Source: Acutalibacteraceae bacterium (GTDB taxonomy: Bacteria; Bacillota; Clostridia; Oscillospirales; Acutalibacteraceae). From it: DNA of 56,722 nt. The stretch lies in assembly GCA_045592465.1 (NCBI GenBank), contig JAZNUW010000110.1:1-56722 (forward strand). The letters run 5' to 3'. The position numbers were made by a program, and so were the translations under genes. This document shows, piece by piece, positions 17,955-28,203 of this stretch. How positions within the stretch are numbered: position 1 is the first letter of the stretch; every line of letters begins with the position of its first letter. Under the pieces are notes generated by a model, which did no database searches, had not been told where the DNA came from, and was given only the letters and a program-made list of their open reading frames with translations.

Positions 17955-19259
17955 TTAACCTACTCTTTCAAAACAAGCAATAAAAAATCCGTCGCTTTCA
18001 TTTTTATGAGGCATAAGTGTTTTCATATGCTCATCATCCTGAGAAAACACACCGACACTTCTGAAATCGCCGTGGTTTTCGAGAAATTTTCTGCACACAT
18101 CCTCATTTTCAGCTTTCGACAGTGTGCAGGTGGAATAAACCAGTCTACCACCGTTTTTAACATAGCGGGAAGCATTACAGATAATGCTGTACTGTATATC
18201 GGGTAAGCCCTGCAGTTCCTCTTCTTTTTTATATCTGATTTCAGGTTTTCGTCTGATTATTCCGAGACCCGAGCACGGCACATCACATAAAACCTTATCA
18301 GCAAAGCCAAGACTTTCATTGAAAACAGATGCGTCCCCTACCCTGCCCTCTATGGAGCTTAATCCAAGGCGCTGAGCACCCTTTATAATAAGAGAAACTC
18401 TGTTATCGTATATATCAAAGCAAAGCACCTTACCTTTGTTGTTCATCATCTCGCAAATTGTGTATGCCTTTCCGCCCGGGGCTGAGCACAGATCAAACAC
18501 TGTATCGTTTTCCTTGGCGCCAAGTGCCTTGGCACAAAGCTGCGAAGCCATATCCTGAACGTGAAATAATCCTGATTTATATGCGGATAATTTTTCTATA
18601 TCGCGGCCGTTGAAATTGACCTTAAGTGTTCCTTCGTTATATGTTTTTTCGGTGTCAATTCCTTCATCTGCCAGAATTGAAATAAGCCTGTCAGAGTCAG
18701 TTTTAAGATTATTGACACGTATATAATTGTCAGCACTGCCAACCGAAGCACGAAGGATCATTTCAGCGTCTTCTTCACCGTATTCTAAGCACCATTTATT
18801 GACAAGCCAAACAGGACATGAATATGCAACACTGAGATATTCAGCTTTATTTTCTGTCGAAGGAAGTGATAAACCTGTTGAAGAAACCTTCCTGAGTACG
18901 GCATTGATAAGACCTGATGCATAGGCTGCACCGTTTTTCTTTGAAAGCTTGATGCTTTCGTTAACAGCTGCGCTGTCAGGGACTTTATCCATAAAAAGAA
19001 TCTGATAAGCACCCATTCTCATAATGGTCAGCACTTCAGTTTTCAGCTTTTTAAGAGGCTTCGTGAGATAAAGCGCAAGATTATAATCAAGGGTTATCTG
19101 TCTTTCAATTACGCCGTAAAATAAATTAGACACAAAAGACTTATCTCTTGTGTCAAGACCTGATTTAGACAGCACTGCATCAAGGGCGAGGTTTGAATAA
19201 GCCCCGTCCTTTTCTGTTTTAATAAGCGCCTGATAGGCGATTTGTCTTGCAGTTGCCAT
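17955..19259 (-). CDS. rsmB: 16S rRNA (cytosine967-C5)-methyltransferase
   Basis: 434 aa. NusB-like N-terminal domain, SAM-binding DLCSAPGGK, catalytic Cys motifs DVPCSG and YSTCT. Confidence 0.92.
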   Translation of the reverse strand: MATARQIAYQALIKTEKDGAYSNLALDAVLSKSGLDTRDKSFVSNLFYGVIERQITLDYNLALYLTKPLKKLKTEVLTIMRMGAYQILFMDKVPDSAAVNESIKLSKKNGAAYASGLINAVLRKVSSTGLSLPSTENKAEYLSVAYSCPVWLVNKWCLEYGEEDAEMILRASVGSADNYIRVNNLKTDSDRLISILADEGIDTEKTYNEGTLKVNFNGRDIEKLSAYKSGLFHVQDMASQLCAKALGAKENDTVFDLCSAPGGKAYTICEMMNNKGKVLCFDIYDNRVSLIIKGAQRLGLSSIEGRVGDASVFNESLGFADKVLCDVPCSGLGIIRRKPEIRYKKEEELQGLPDIQYSIICNASRYVKNGGRLVYSTCTLSKAENEDVCRKFLENHGDFRSVGVFSQDDEHMKTLMPHKNESDGFFIACFERVG

Positions 19260-19274
19260 AATCGGATTCCTTAT

Positions 19275-19961
19275 TTATCTTCTTCTGTTATTTGTTCTTA
19301 AAATCAGTCTGATAAGTGACATCACTGAAACGAGAAGCGATGCCACATATGTCATTGCTGCAGCAAATAATACCTTCTTTGCTTTTGGCACTTCATCTTC
19401 GTAAAGCATTTCCGTTGCTTCTATAACCTTTATTGCTCTCGTGCTTGCATTAAACTCAATCGGTAAAGTGACAAGCTGAAAAACAACAACTGCAGCAAAA
19501 AGGATAATGCCGATATTTGTCAGTGCACCAAAGCCGAGTGCATAACCCACAACGGCAAGAATAACACCGAATGATGAGCCGAAATTCGCAACAGGCAAAA
19601 TAGCATTACGCACTTTAATGGGAACATAGTTCTGTGCGTGCTGTGCCGCATGTCCTGCTTCGTGACATGCTATGCCTACTGCCGCAATAGATGTGCCTGA
19701 AAAAACCTCCTCAGACAGTCTTATGGTGTTGCTTCTGGGGTCATAGTGGTCAGAAAGCTTACCGTGTGTTACTACAATGCTAACATTATCAATTCCGTAA
19801 TGTCTGAGAACATTATAAGCGGCCTTGGCACCGGTAAGTCTTTTATTATTATTGATTTTTGCCATATTGGCATAGGTACGTCTGACATTGGCCTGAGCAA
19901 TAACTGAGAGTATAATTGCAGGCACCACCAGAATTAAATAATAATAATCATACCAAATCAT
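19275..19961 (-). CDS. membrane-associated zinc metallopeptidase (neutral zinc metallopeptidase family)
   Basis: 228 aa. HEAGHA zinc motif with N-terminal and C-terminal TM helices. Inserted between fmt and rsmB relative to the Bacillus order. Confidence 0.8.
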   Translation of the reverse strand: MIWYDYYYLILVVPAIILSVIAQANVRRTYANMAKINNNKRLTGAKAAYNVLRHYGIDNVSIVVTHGKLSDHYDPRSNTIRLSEEVFSGTSIAAVGIACHEAGHAAQHAQNYVPIKVRNAILPVANFGSSFGVILAVVGYALGFGALTNIGIILFAAVVVFQLVTLPIEFNASTRAIKVIEATEMLYEDEVPKAKKVLFAAAMTYVASLLVSVMSLIRLILRTNNRRR

Positions 19962-19976
19962 TGAATCACCTTCATT

Positions 19977-20906
19977 TTATATGAGTACTGTACCTTTTTC
20001 GAATTTATATCCGTTGAGGAAAGAAGCACTGTCCATTCTCTTCTTGCCTTCAAGCTGTATGCAGGTAAGCTCGATGCAGTTACCGTCGCCGCAGCAAACA
20101 AAAAATCTGCCGTCAGAAACAATAACCTCACCGGGTTTATTGTTTGATTTTTTATCTGATAAAACCGATGAATGAAGCTTTAAAGTTTTTCCATTGAGAG
20201 TTGTTGATGCGCCGGGCCATGAATAAAGGCCGCGGATTTTATTGTGAATTTCCCAAGCGGATTTTGTCCAGTCGACAGGACTCATATCCTTCGAGAGAAG
20301 TCCTACCTTGCTAGCTTGTGACTCATCTTGTTTAACCGGCTCAAGGGAATTGTTTTCAATGAGGCTTATTGTCTGCATAAGCGCCTTGGCACCTAAAGGA
20401 GCAAGAACTTCATACATTCTTTCTGTTGTGTCGTTTTCACCGATGGGACACTTGATAATATTAAGAATATCGCCTGTGTCAATACCGCTGTCCATCTGTT
20501 GAACAGTAACACCGGTTTCGGCGTCACCGTTGAGTACTGCATAGTGAATCGGTGAAGCACCGCGGTATTTCGGCAGAATTGATGCGTGAACGTTAATACA
20601 GCCGTATCGGGGATATTCGAGACATTCGTCAGGAAGAATTTTGCCGTAAGCCACCACGACAACAAGCTCAGGCTCAATTTCCTTTAAAATTTCAAGACCT
20701 TTGCCGTTTCTGAGTGAAACAGGCTGAAACACTTTAAGGTTATGCTTTAATGCCTCAACCTTAACATCGGGCGGGGTCAGCTCCTGTTTTCTTCCCACAG
20801 GCTTATCAGGCTGACAAAACACACCGACAATTTCGTGCTCTGACTCTGCAAGAGCTCTCAGGCAGTCAACAGCAAAGTCAGGTGTACCCATAAATGCTAT
20901 GCGCAT
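19977..20906 (-). CDS. fmt: methionyl-tRNA formyltransferase
   Basis: 309 aa with NVHASILPKYRGASPI formyltransferase motif. def-fmt pair. Confidence 0.94.
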   Translation of the reverse strand: MRIAFMGTPDFAVDCLRALAESEHEIVGVFCQPDKPVGRKQELTPPDVKVEALKHNLKVFQPVSLRNGKGLEILKEIEPELVVVVAYGKILPDECLEYPRYGCINVHASILPKYRGASPIHYAVLNGDAETGVTVQQMDSGIDTGDILNIIKCPIGENDTTERMYEVLAPLGAKALMQTISLIENNSLEPVKQDESQASKVGLLSKDMSPVDWTKSAWEIHNKIRGLYSWPGASTTLNGKTLKLHSSVLSDKKSNNKPGEVIVSDGRFFVCCGDGNCIELTCIQLEGKKRMDSASFLNGYKFEKGTVLI

Positions 20907-20909
20907 AAA

Positions 20910-21392
20910 TCAGTCTTCCTTTCTGTCAGAGAGTATCTCATCAGCAGTTACATCTCTGATTTCCTTATCTTTATATACAATTCCTTCAAGGTGGTCTATT
21001 TCGTGGCAGAAGCATCTTGCCTTAAGCTCAGTACCTTCATAAAGCCTCCACTGACCTTTTCTGTTCTGCGCTCTGAGCTTGACATAATTGGGTCTTCTGA
21101 CTATGCCGTATTCACCGGGAAGAGAAAGACAGCCTTCTGTCCCCTCCTGCTCGCCGCTTGTTTCGATTATTTCTGGGTTTATAAGCTCAATAAGACCGTC
21201 ACCCACATCAATAACAATTGCGCGTCTTAAAACACCGACCTGCACAGCAGCAAGTCCCACACCGTCAGCCTTGATCATTGTGTCTTTCATATCATCAAGA
21301 AGCTGCCAGAGCTTTTCATCAAATTTAACAACGGGTCTGCTTGTTTTGCGAAGCACCTCGTCGCCTAATGTCACTATTTTTCTTATAGCCAT
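20910..21392 (-). CDS. def: peptide deformylase
   Basis: 160 aa with the three Def motifs: GLAAVQVG, EGCLS, HEIDH. Confidence 0.95.
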   Translation of the reverse strand: MAIRKIVTLGDEVLRKTSRPVVKFDEKLWQLLDDMKDTMIKADGVGLAAVQVGVLRRAIVIDVGDGLIELINPEIIETSGEQEGTEGCLSLPGEYGIVRRPNYVKLRAQNRKGQWRLYEGTELKARCFCHEIDHLEGIVYKDKEIRDVTADEILSDRKED

Positions 21393-21402
21393 AATTTACC
21401 TC

Positions 21403-23859
21403 CTAAATAAGGTTTTCAGGGTTGATATCAGCAACTGTAGTCACATCGCTGAACTTCTTTTCTTTGCCGAACTGAATCAGAAGCTCCGAAATGAGCGAAC
21501 GGAAACGTTTGCTGTTTTTGCATTTAATAATCAGTCTGTATCTGTATTTATTGTTAACCTTTGAAAGCCTCGGCGGCATAGGACCGAGAACTATAATTTT
21601 CTGCTCCTTGTACTCTGCCGAAACCTTATTTTTAAGCTCAGAAAGGAAAAGCTTTGAGGCTTCAAGGGCTTTGACTTCGTTTTCACATATAAAGCAGACA
21701 CTGCATAAATCACAATAAGGCGGATAAACCATCGCCTTTCTGATTATGATTTCATTTTTATAAAAGCTGTCATAGTCCTGTGCCTGAGCGAGTTTAATGA
21801 TATTGTTTTCAGGTGTAAGTGTCTGAATTACAGCTGTGCCTTTATTTTTTCCCCTGCCGCTTCTTCCGACTACCTGAGTCAGCAGGTCAAAGGTTCTCTC
21901 CTGACTTCTGAAATCATCGTTGTTGAGCTGCTGGTCAGCGTTAATTACGCCAACAAGAGTTACATTTTCAAAATTCAGACCCTTGGCAACCATCTGGGTG
22001 CCAAGCATAATATCATATTTTCCCTCACCGAAATCAAGGAGATTTTTCTCAAAGGAATATCTTGTCGAGGTTGAATCTGTGTCCATTCGCAGTATTCGTG
22101 CCCGGGGCAAAAGGGTTTCAAGCTCGTTTTCTATTCTCTGAGTGCCGTAACCTGCATAGCGCACGTCATCTTTGCCGCAGTCGGGGCAGGTCTTTGTCAT
22201 TGGAACAGAATAACCGCAGTAATGGCACATAAGCCTGTTGTTGGCACTGTGATATGTCAGTGATATGCTGCACGATGGGCATGTAACAACACTTCCGCAG
22301 CTGTCACACGTAACAAAGGTGTTATATCCTCTTCTGTTGATAAGCAGAATTGACTGCTTTCCTTCGTTTAAATTATTTTCCAGTCTTTCAAGAAGCTCTG
22401 AGCTAAGATTATATTTATTACCGGTCTGGCGTTCCTTTTTCATGTCGACCATGCTAACTTCAGGTAAAACAGCGTCGCCATATCTTTCGGTGAGGACTTC
22501 TAGCGAATATTTGCCTCTGACTGCTTCACTATAGCTTTCAACACTTGGTGTTGCAGAAGAAAGCAGAAGCAGAGCTCCGTGTTTATGCGCCCTGAATTTA
22601 GCCACATCTTTTGTGTGATATCTCGGTGACGATTCAGATTTATAGGTGTGCTCCTGTTCTTCATCGATAACAATTAGTCCGAGATTGTCAAAGGGGGCAA
22701 ACACAGCAGAACGTGTGCCGACCACAATTTTAACAAGACCTTCAGAAACACGCATATATTCATCGCGTCTTTCACCTTGTGATAATGCACTGTGAAAAAT
22801 TGCAACCTGAGAGCCATATCTGCCTTTAAAAAGAGACATCATCTGAGGTGTCAGCGAAATTTCAGGTACCATAACAATAACCTGCTTGCCACTTTTGATA
22901 ACCTCATCAATAAGCGCAAGAAAAACCGAGGTTTTTCCGCTTCCTGTTATGCCGTAAAGAAGGCTGACTCCCCCACCACCGTGAAATTTACTCAGCAGGT
23001 TACTGTATGCAGTATTCTGAGCCTTCGTAAGAATAATTTTATCTTTGTTCTCACTTTGTAATAAGGTCTCAGGTGTTCTGTAAAAGACTGTATCGCTTAT
23101 TTCTGCAATACCCTTCTTTTCCAGGGCGTTAACCACTGCAGCCGTGACACCTGTGTAGTAGCAAATATCTTTTATGCTGAGACTTTGTGAAGTTTCCAGC
23201 AAATCAATTACGCTTTTTTGCTTATCGGTTAATCTGATATTCTCGTTGGCAATTGCAGCCGCAGACTTTAAAAGTCTTGCTGTTTTATGTGTTGCATCAC
23301 CCATATTCCGAACGGCAACATAGCTTTTGTTGACAAGCTTTTTATTAACCAACTTATCGATTATTCCGCAGTTATCATCCAATCCGAGAGCAGAATATAT
23401 CTGCTTTTTTTCGCAATAATCTTCAAGTGACAGCATATAGTCATATACCATTTTTTCATCTTCATTCATTTTAGGAAGAACTGAAGGACAAATGGCAAAG
23501 TACCTGATAACCGTCTTATGATTAACACCTGACGGAAGCTGAACCTTGACTGCATCAAAATATGTGCAGAAGGTTCTGTCTTTCAGAAATTCAGCAATTT
23601 CAAGATTTTCTTCAGAAAGCAAGGGCTTGTCTTCATCGAGAACAGATAAAATTTCTTTATATCTGATGCCCTGCTGCATTTTATCGAAAGCAAAAACTAC
23701 ACCTTGTCTGCCGTTGCCTTTGCTTCTGCCGAAGGGAACGAGCACACGTGAGCCTCTGACAACCTTGCTTTTCAGGTGTTCGGGAATGATATAACTGTAA
23801 AAAATGTCAAAATGATATGCAACATTTTCAATTGCAACGAGGGCAACAGACTGTTCCAT
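21403..23859 (-). CDS. priA: primosomal replication-restart helicase PriA
   Basis: 818 aa. Walker A GITGSGKT, DEEQ box, Cys-rich zinc region (CDSCG...CPSC...CHYCG...CPDCG). Confidence 0.94.
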   Translation of the reverse strand: MEQSVALVAIENVAYHFDIFYSYIIPEHLKSKVVRGSRVLVPFGRSKGNGRQGVVFAFDKMQQGIRYKEILSVLDEDKPLLSEENLEIAEFLKDRTFCTYFDAVKVQLPSGVNHKTVIRYFAICPSVLPKMNEDEKMVYDYMLSLEDYCEKKQIYSALGLDDNCGIIDKLVNKKLVNKSYVAVRNMGDATHKTARLLKSAAAIANENIRLTDKQKSVIDLLETSQSLSIKDICYYTGVTAAVVNALEKKGIAEISDTVFYRTPETLLQSENKDKIILTKAQNTAYSNLLSKFHGGGGVSLLYGITGSGKTSVFLALIDEVIKSGKQVIVMVPEISLTPQMMSLFKGRYGSQVAIFHSALSQGERRDEYMRVSEGLVKIVVGTRSAVFAPFDNLGLIVIDEEQEHTYKSESSPRYHTKDVAKFRAHKHGALLLLSSATPSVESYSEAVRGKYSLEVLTERYGDAVLPEVSMVDMKKERQTGNKYNLSSELLERLENNLNEGKQSILLINRRGYNTFVTCDSCGSVVTCPSCSISLTYHSANNRLMCHYCGYSVPMTKTCPDCGKDDVRYAGYGTQRIENELETLLPRARILRMDTDSTSTRYSFEKNLLDFGEGKYDIMLGTQMVAKGLNFENVTLVGVINADQQLNNDDFRSQERTFDLLTQVVGRSGRGKNKGTAVIQTLTPENNIIKLAQAQDYDSFYKNEIIIRKAMVYPPYCDLCSVCFICENEVKALEASKLFLSELKNKVSAEYKEQKIIVLGPMPPRLSKVNNKYRYRLIIKCKNSKRFRSLISELLIQFGKEKKFSDVTTVADINPENLI

Positions 23860-23881
23860 ATCATTTCACTTCCTTCTTGGA

Positions 23882-24091
23882 TTATATATTCTTAATTTCG
23901 TCGGGCTCACAAATTTCAAGCTTGCCTGTCAGGAATTCGTCAAGAGCATAGCTGACGGGCTTTTCTGTGCCGCATTTTTCACTGAGGATAGGGTCCTCAG
24001 CAACTTCTCTTGCTCTTTTTGCAACAGCAGTAACAAGTGAATATCTGCTGGTATGGTCTTTAAGTAAACCTCTTAAATCGGGATTAAGCAT
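23882..24091 (-). CDS. rpoZ: DNA-directed RNA polymerase subunit omega
   Basis: 69 aa. SRYSLVTAVAKRAREV matches the RpoZ core. Overlaps the gmk stop by 8 nt. Confidence 0.9.
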   Translation of the reverse strand: MLNPDLRGLLKDHTSRYSLVTAVAKRAREVAEDPILSEKCGTEKPVSYALDEFLTGKLEICEPDEIKNI

Positions 24092-24695
24092 TATTAATTA
24101 CCTCACTTAATTTATTTATCATATATTTTGTCTGAAACCTTTCGGCTCTTATGATACTGATTAAATCTTCAACAGCTTCTTCAAGAACATCGTTTTCTAT
24201 GATGTAATCATATTCATATGCTCTTTCAAGCTCATCCTTGGCAATTTCAAGGCGCTTGCTGATTGTTTCTTCGTCGTCGGTACCGCGGCCTCTCAGACGC
24301 TTTTCAAGCACATCAAACGAGGGCGGTATAACAAACACCTTAACTGCATCGGGGAAAAGCTTTTTGACATTTCCGCCGCCTTCAACCTCAATAATAAGGA
24401 TGACGGTTTTGCCGCTTTCAAGCTGCTGTCTGACCGGTCCGGCAGGAGTACCGTAATAGTTTCCGCCGTAAATTGTGTATTCAAGGATTTCTCCGTTGGC
24501 AATTTTTTCTTTGAAGACATCGGTTGTTACATAAAAATAGTTGACTCCCTCAGCCTCATCCTGTCGCATTGCTCTTGTGGTCATAGAAACAGAAAGATGA
24601 ACTTCACCTTTGAGTTTGTTTAAAACCTCTTTAACAATAGTGTCTTTACCGCAGCCTGACGGCGCTGACACGACTATAAGACTTCCTTTACTCAT
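24084..24695 (-). CDS. gmk: guanylate kinase
   Basis: ORF 24084-24785. ATG 24695 overlaps the remA stop (ATGAGTAA). P-loop [10 protein letters not shown] and Gmk motifs ([18 protein letters not shown]). Confidence 0.93.
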   Translation of the reverse strand: MSKGSLIVVSAPSGCGKDTIVKEVLNKLKGEVHLSVSMTTRAMRQDEAEGVNYFYVTTDVFKEKIANGEILEYTIYGGNYYGTPAGPVRQQLESGKTVILIIEVEGGGNVKKLFPDAVKVFVIPPSFDVLEKRLRGRGTDDEETISKRLEIAKDELERAYEYDYIIENDVLEEAVEDLISIIRAERFQTKYMINKLSEVINNA

Positions 24696-24957
24696 CACTG
24701 CAATCCTCCTCTTCGATATCAGCTTCACTGTCGAATCGGTTTGCAACTGTTTCGCACTGCAGATAAGTAAGGATGACATGGTCACTGTCCATAATTATAA
24801 CTGCTCTTGTGCGTCTGCCTTGAGTGGCATCAATAAGAGTGCCTCTTTCCTTACATTCCTGAATCAGACGCTTAATCGGCGCCGAATCAGGGCTGACAAT
24901 GGCAACAATTCTCTGAGCATTTATCATATTGCCGAAACCTATATTTATCAGCTTCAT
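24688..24957 (-). CDS. remA: RemA/YlzA (DUF370) family regulator
   Basis: 89 aa. [33 protein letters not shown]...[17 protein letters not shown] closely parallels B. subtilis RemA. Confidence 0.9.
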   Translation of the reverse strand: MKLINIGFGNMINAQRIVAIVSPDSAPIKRLIQECKERGTLIDATQGRRTRAVIIMDSDHVILTYLQCETVANRFDSEADIEEEDCSDE

Positions 24958-24968
24958 TTTAACTCACC

Positions 24969-25847
24969 TTATTCGATATTCTGTACTTGCTCTCTGATTT
25001 TCTCAATTTCTGCTTTGATGTCGATAACCCTCTTGGCAATCTCAGTGTCCTGAGCTTTAGAGCCAATAGTGTTAGCTTCACGGTTAAATTCCTGGATAAG
25101 GAAATCCATTTTTCTGCCGATTGCAATGTCACTGAGCATAAACTCGTGCATCTGTGAAATATGGCTGCGCAGTCTGACGGTTTCTTCAGCAACGGCAATT
25201 TTATCAGCATAAATTGCAGCCTCAGTCAGAATTCTCTGTTCATCAACCTGAACATCGTCAAGAACCGTTCTCATTCTTTCAAGAAGCTTTGTGTTATATT
25301 CCCTGACAGTTTCAGGTGAACGTTCCTCAATATAAGAAACAAGTGAAAGAATTGTATCACATCTTGAAAGAATATCGTCCTTAAGTCTTTCGCCTTCTCT
25401 TTCGCGCATTGAAACGAATGAAGCAAGAGCTTTATCTGTCACAGTTCTGACAGCATTCCAGATTTTTTCTTCATCAGCCTCGCTTTTATGAACAGAGAAA
25501 ATGTCGTGGTACTTTGCAACACTGCTGATTGAAATATCATCAGTGAGATTATATCTTTCACCGATTTCCTTAAGTGCTGCTATGTACCCTGCCGCAAGGG
25601 AATGGTTAACTGAAACAATGCAATCTTCCGTTTCGAGTGCTTCGATTGAAACATAGCATTCAGTCTTGCCTCGTGAAATATTGCTCTGTATGTAATTCTT
25701 AAGCTTTTCGTCAAGGAAGCCGTATATTCTGGGCACTCTTGAAGAAAAATCAAAATATCTGTGATTTACACTTTTAATTTCAACGGAAATGCTCATTCCA
25801 TCAATAATTTCCTGAGCTCTTCCGAAGCCGGTCATGCTTCTTATCAT
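24969..25847 (-). CDS. yicC: YicC/YloC family stress-induced protein
   Basis: 292 aa. MIRSMTGFGRA N-terminus and C-terminal EFNREANTIGSKA motif typical of YicC. Same position as yloC in Bacillus. Confidence 0.9.
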   Translation of the reverse strand: MIRSMTGFGRAQEIIDGMSISVEIKSVNHRYFDFSSRVPRIYGFLDEKLKNYIQSNISRGKTECYVSIEALETEDCIVSVNHSLAAGYIAALKEIGERYNLTDDISISSVAKYHDIFSVHKSEADEEKIWNAVRTVTDKALASFVSMREREGERLKDDILSRCDTILSLVSYIEERSPETVREYNTKLLERMRTVLDDVQVDEQRILTEAAIYADKIAVAEETVRLRSHISQMHEFMLSDIAIGRKMDFLIQEFNREANTIGSKAQDTEIAKRVIDIKAEIEKIREQVQNIE

Positions 25848-25890
25848 TATTATTCCTCCATGGGGAAAAACCTATGTTTATATCCTTATA

Positions 25891-25919
25891 ATTATATAAT
25901 GTTTTATCCTGTTTGTCAA
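25891..25919 (-). promoter_or_regulatory. consensus sigma-A promoter for the yicC-remA-gmk-rpoZ-priA block
   Basis: Minus strand TTGACA (25919-25914), 17-nt spacer, TATAAT (25896-25891). Both hexamers are perfect, 44 nt upstream of ATG 25847. Confidence 0.7.
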
Positions 25920-25930
25920 TTATTATGCAC

Positions 25931-26257
25931 TTATTTACAGCATGAACCCATCAGAATTGAGGGAATATCACCATAATATCCGTCAGAGCGTTTCTCAAAG
26001 TTCATTTTGTCGAGAAAAGACTCGATGTTCAATGCACTGCATCTTGCAAAATAATAGTTTTTAAGTCCTGCATAATTATAGGCACTTCTGAGAAGACCCT
26101 CAACAGCATAAGGTGCATTATCACTGAATGACAGTTGGGTAACATCTGCAAGATTATTATTTAAATTAAGAGTACATCTGCCGATTGATTCTTCGCCTTC
26201 AAGTGCTTCAAATTCAACTGTAAATTCATCCTTGACTGTATTTTTGAAAAATATCAT
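25931..26257 (-). CDS. conserved hypothetical protein, 108 aa
   Basis: ORF 25931-26290. ATG 26257 sits 1 nt after the rluB TAA (TAATATG), indicating translational coupling. No motif recognised. Ends in GSCCK. Confidence 0.55.
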   Translation of the reverse strand: MIFFKNTVKDEFTVEFEALEGEESIGRCTLNLNNNLADVTQLSFSDNAPYAVEGLLRSAYNYAGLKNYYFARCSALNIESFLDKMNFEKRSDGYYGDIPSILMGSCCK

Positions 26258-26258
26258 A

Positions 26259-27002
26259 TTATTTCTTCTTTCTATCCATATCTGCGGCAATCATAAGCTT
26301 TCTGACTTCATCTTCGTTAAGCTCACGCCAGGCTCCCTGTTTGAGCATTCCGAGCTTGATGGAGCCGATTGCTGTTCTCTTAAGACGGGCAACCTCAAGA
26401 CCGACAGCCTCACACATTTTTCTTATCTGTCTGTTTCTGCCCTCGTAAAGAATAATTTCCAGCACTACCCTGCCCTCTTCTTTTGTGACAACGCGCACCT
26501 GTGCAGGTGCTGTTTTTCTGTCATCGATAATAATGCCGGTTGTAAGCTGTGTAATCTGATCTTCAGTGATAGAAGGACGCACTGTAACGCGGTATGTTTT
26601 AGGCACATGCTTGGTGGGATGTGTCATTGCATTGGCAAATTCACCGTCGTTGGTGAAAAGAAGCATGCCTTCACTGTCTCTGTCAAGTCTGCCAACAGGA
26701 TAAACTCTGACAGGCACATCCTTAATGAGCTCTGCAACACATTTTCTGTCCATTTCATCGCTCATAGTTGTTATAAAGCCTCTCGGCTTATGAAGCAGAA
26801 TATAAGTGAATTCCTTGCGCTTAACAATTTTCTTTCCGCTGACTGTAACTGTGTCTCTTTTAGGGTTGATTTTGTCGCCGATTGAAGCAGTTTTGCCGTT
26901 AACCTTAACCTTGCCGTCAGCTATTAACTCTTCACTTTTTCTTCTTGAGGCAACACCGCTTTCAGCTAGAAATTTCTGAAGTCTAACGTTTGAATCAGCC
27001 AT
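26259..27002 (-). CDS. rluB: 23S rRNA pseudouridine synthase, RsuA/RluB family
   Basis: 247 aa. N-terminal S4 domain (RLQKFLAESGVASRRKSEELI) and catalytic motif PVGRLDRDSEG. Confidence 0.9.
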   Translation of the reverse strand: MADSNVRLQKFLAESGVASRRKSEELIADGKVKVNGKTASIGDKINPKRDTVTVSGKKIVKRKEFTYILLHKPRGFITTMSDEMDRKCVAELIKDVPVRVYPVGRLDRDSEGMLLFTNDGEFANAMTHPTKHVPKTYRVTVRPSITEDQITQLTTGIIIDDRKTAPAQVRVVTKEEGRVVLEIILYEGRNRQIRKMCEAVGLEVARLKRTAIGSIKLGMLKQGAWRELNEDEVRKLMIAADMDRKKK

Positions 27003-27015
27003 ATAGTTTTTCCTT

Positions 27016-28152
27016 TCAGTTCAGTAATCTTTTCTTTAATTTAAAATATAATCGTTCTAATATTGAATCATCTTCTGTGGGTGCAATTGCCCTGATGCTT
27101 TCACCTGCAATAAGCTCGCTGCTTGCAATAACCCTGCCATTCATCAGAAGCTCCGCTTTGCCTATTATTTCGCCTTTTTCAATCGGAGCATACAAGAAGG
27201 CCGGCAAGTATATTTTCTGCCTGATTTCGCCTTTTTCGCCACTGTATGAATAAATAAGGTTGCTGCACTGTGAATCAATGGGCAAAACACTGCTTTCGCC
27301 ACCGTAAATCCTGATGCTATCAGGAATTCTTAGCAATGCGTTTTCAGCCTTGCTGCAGCTGAAGCCATAATCATAGAGCTTTAAATGATCGTTCCAGTCA
27401 TCGCCTGCATTAAGTGTAACAGCGACAAGAGTTATATTATCTCTTTCGCAACAGGTAACAAGACATCTGCCACTTTTTTTAGTGAAGCCTGTTTTGATGC
27501 CAAAAACTCCGTCAGCAGAGCCGAGAAGCTTGTTATGGTTAGTGAAGGTCATACTGATTTGCGGCTCAAAAAAGCTGACTGTTTTGATTTGAGTTGAACA
27601 CATTTCCCTAAAAACAGGGTTTTTAATCGCATATGCTCCAAGCAGAGCCATATCATATGCAGTTGAATAGTGCTCCTTACTGTCCAGACCTGATGCAGTT
27701 ACGAAGTTAGTGTCTTTCATTCCGATTTCGGCAGCTTTAATATTCATCAGGTCAGCAAACTTTTCTTCGCTTTCGCAGAGAAAACTTGCAGTGAGCCGCG
27801 CGGCATCATTTCCGCTTTCTAGCATCATACCCCACACAAGAGTTTCTAGACTCATTTTATATCCCTGTTTAAGTCCTATTGAGGAGCCTTCGGTTAAGAT
27901 ATTGCCTGCAGTGACAGTTTGACTGAGGCGGCCGCTTTCAACAGCAATAATTGAAGTCATTATCTTAGTTGTGCTGGCCATTGAACGCCTTGAATAGGCA
28001 TCTTTTTCATATATGACCTGCAGAGTGTCGGCATTGATCAAAACTGCACTTGCGGCACTCAGCCCGGGCTCATCGGCAGAGTACGCATTAAATGAAAATA
28101 TAAGTATGAATATAGCAATTAATAACCCTTTTTTAAGCAACAAAGCAACCAC
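27016..28152 (-). CDS. dacB: D-alanyl-D-alanine carboxypeptidase (PBP5 family, sporulation-type)
   Basis: 378 aa with GTG start and signal peptide. SxxK (ASTTK), SxN (SGND), KTG. Position after scpA-scpB as in the Bacillus scpA-scpB-ypuI-dacB order. Confidence 0.85.
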   Translation of the reverse strand: MVALLLKKGLLIAIFILIFSFNAYSADEPGLSAASAVLINADTLQVIYEKDAYSRRSMASTTKIMTSIIAVESGRLSQTVTAGNILTEGSSIGLKQGYKMSLETLVWGMMLESGNDAARLTASFLCESEEKFADLMNIKAAEIGMKDTNFVTASGLDSKEHYSTAYDMALLGAYAIKNPVFREMCSTQIKTVSFFEPQISMTFTNHNKLLGSADGVFGIKTGFTKKSGRCLVTCCERDNITLVAVTLNAGDDWNDHLKLYDYGFSCSKAENALLRIPDSIRIYGGESSVLPIDSQCSNLIYSYSGEKGEIRQKIYLPAFLYAPIEKGEIIGKAELLMNGRVIASSELIAGESIRAIAPTEDDSILERLYFKLKKRLLN

Positions 28153-28203
28153 CTGCCATTTTTATGATATGCAGGCGGTTGTGTCAAAATTATTATTTAA
28201 GAG

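Noticed and set aside
26232-26885. 217-aa ORF antisense to rluB. The same applies to the other long antisense ORFs in the track: 21088-21564, 24610-25053, 28013-28522, 39848-40303, 52826-53320 and 53511-53939.
   Set aside because: All are embedded opposite motif-supported genes, lack RBS or start context, and have low-complexity shadow-frame composition.
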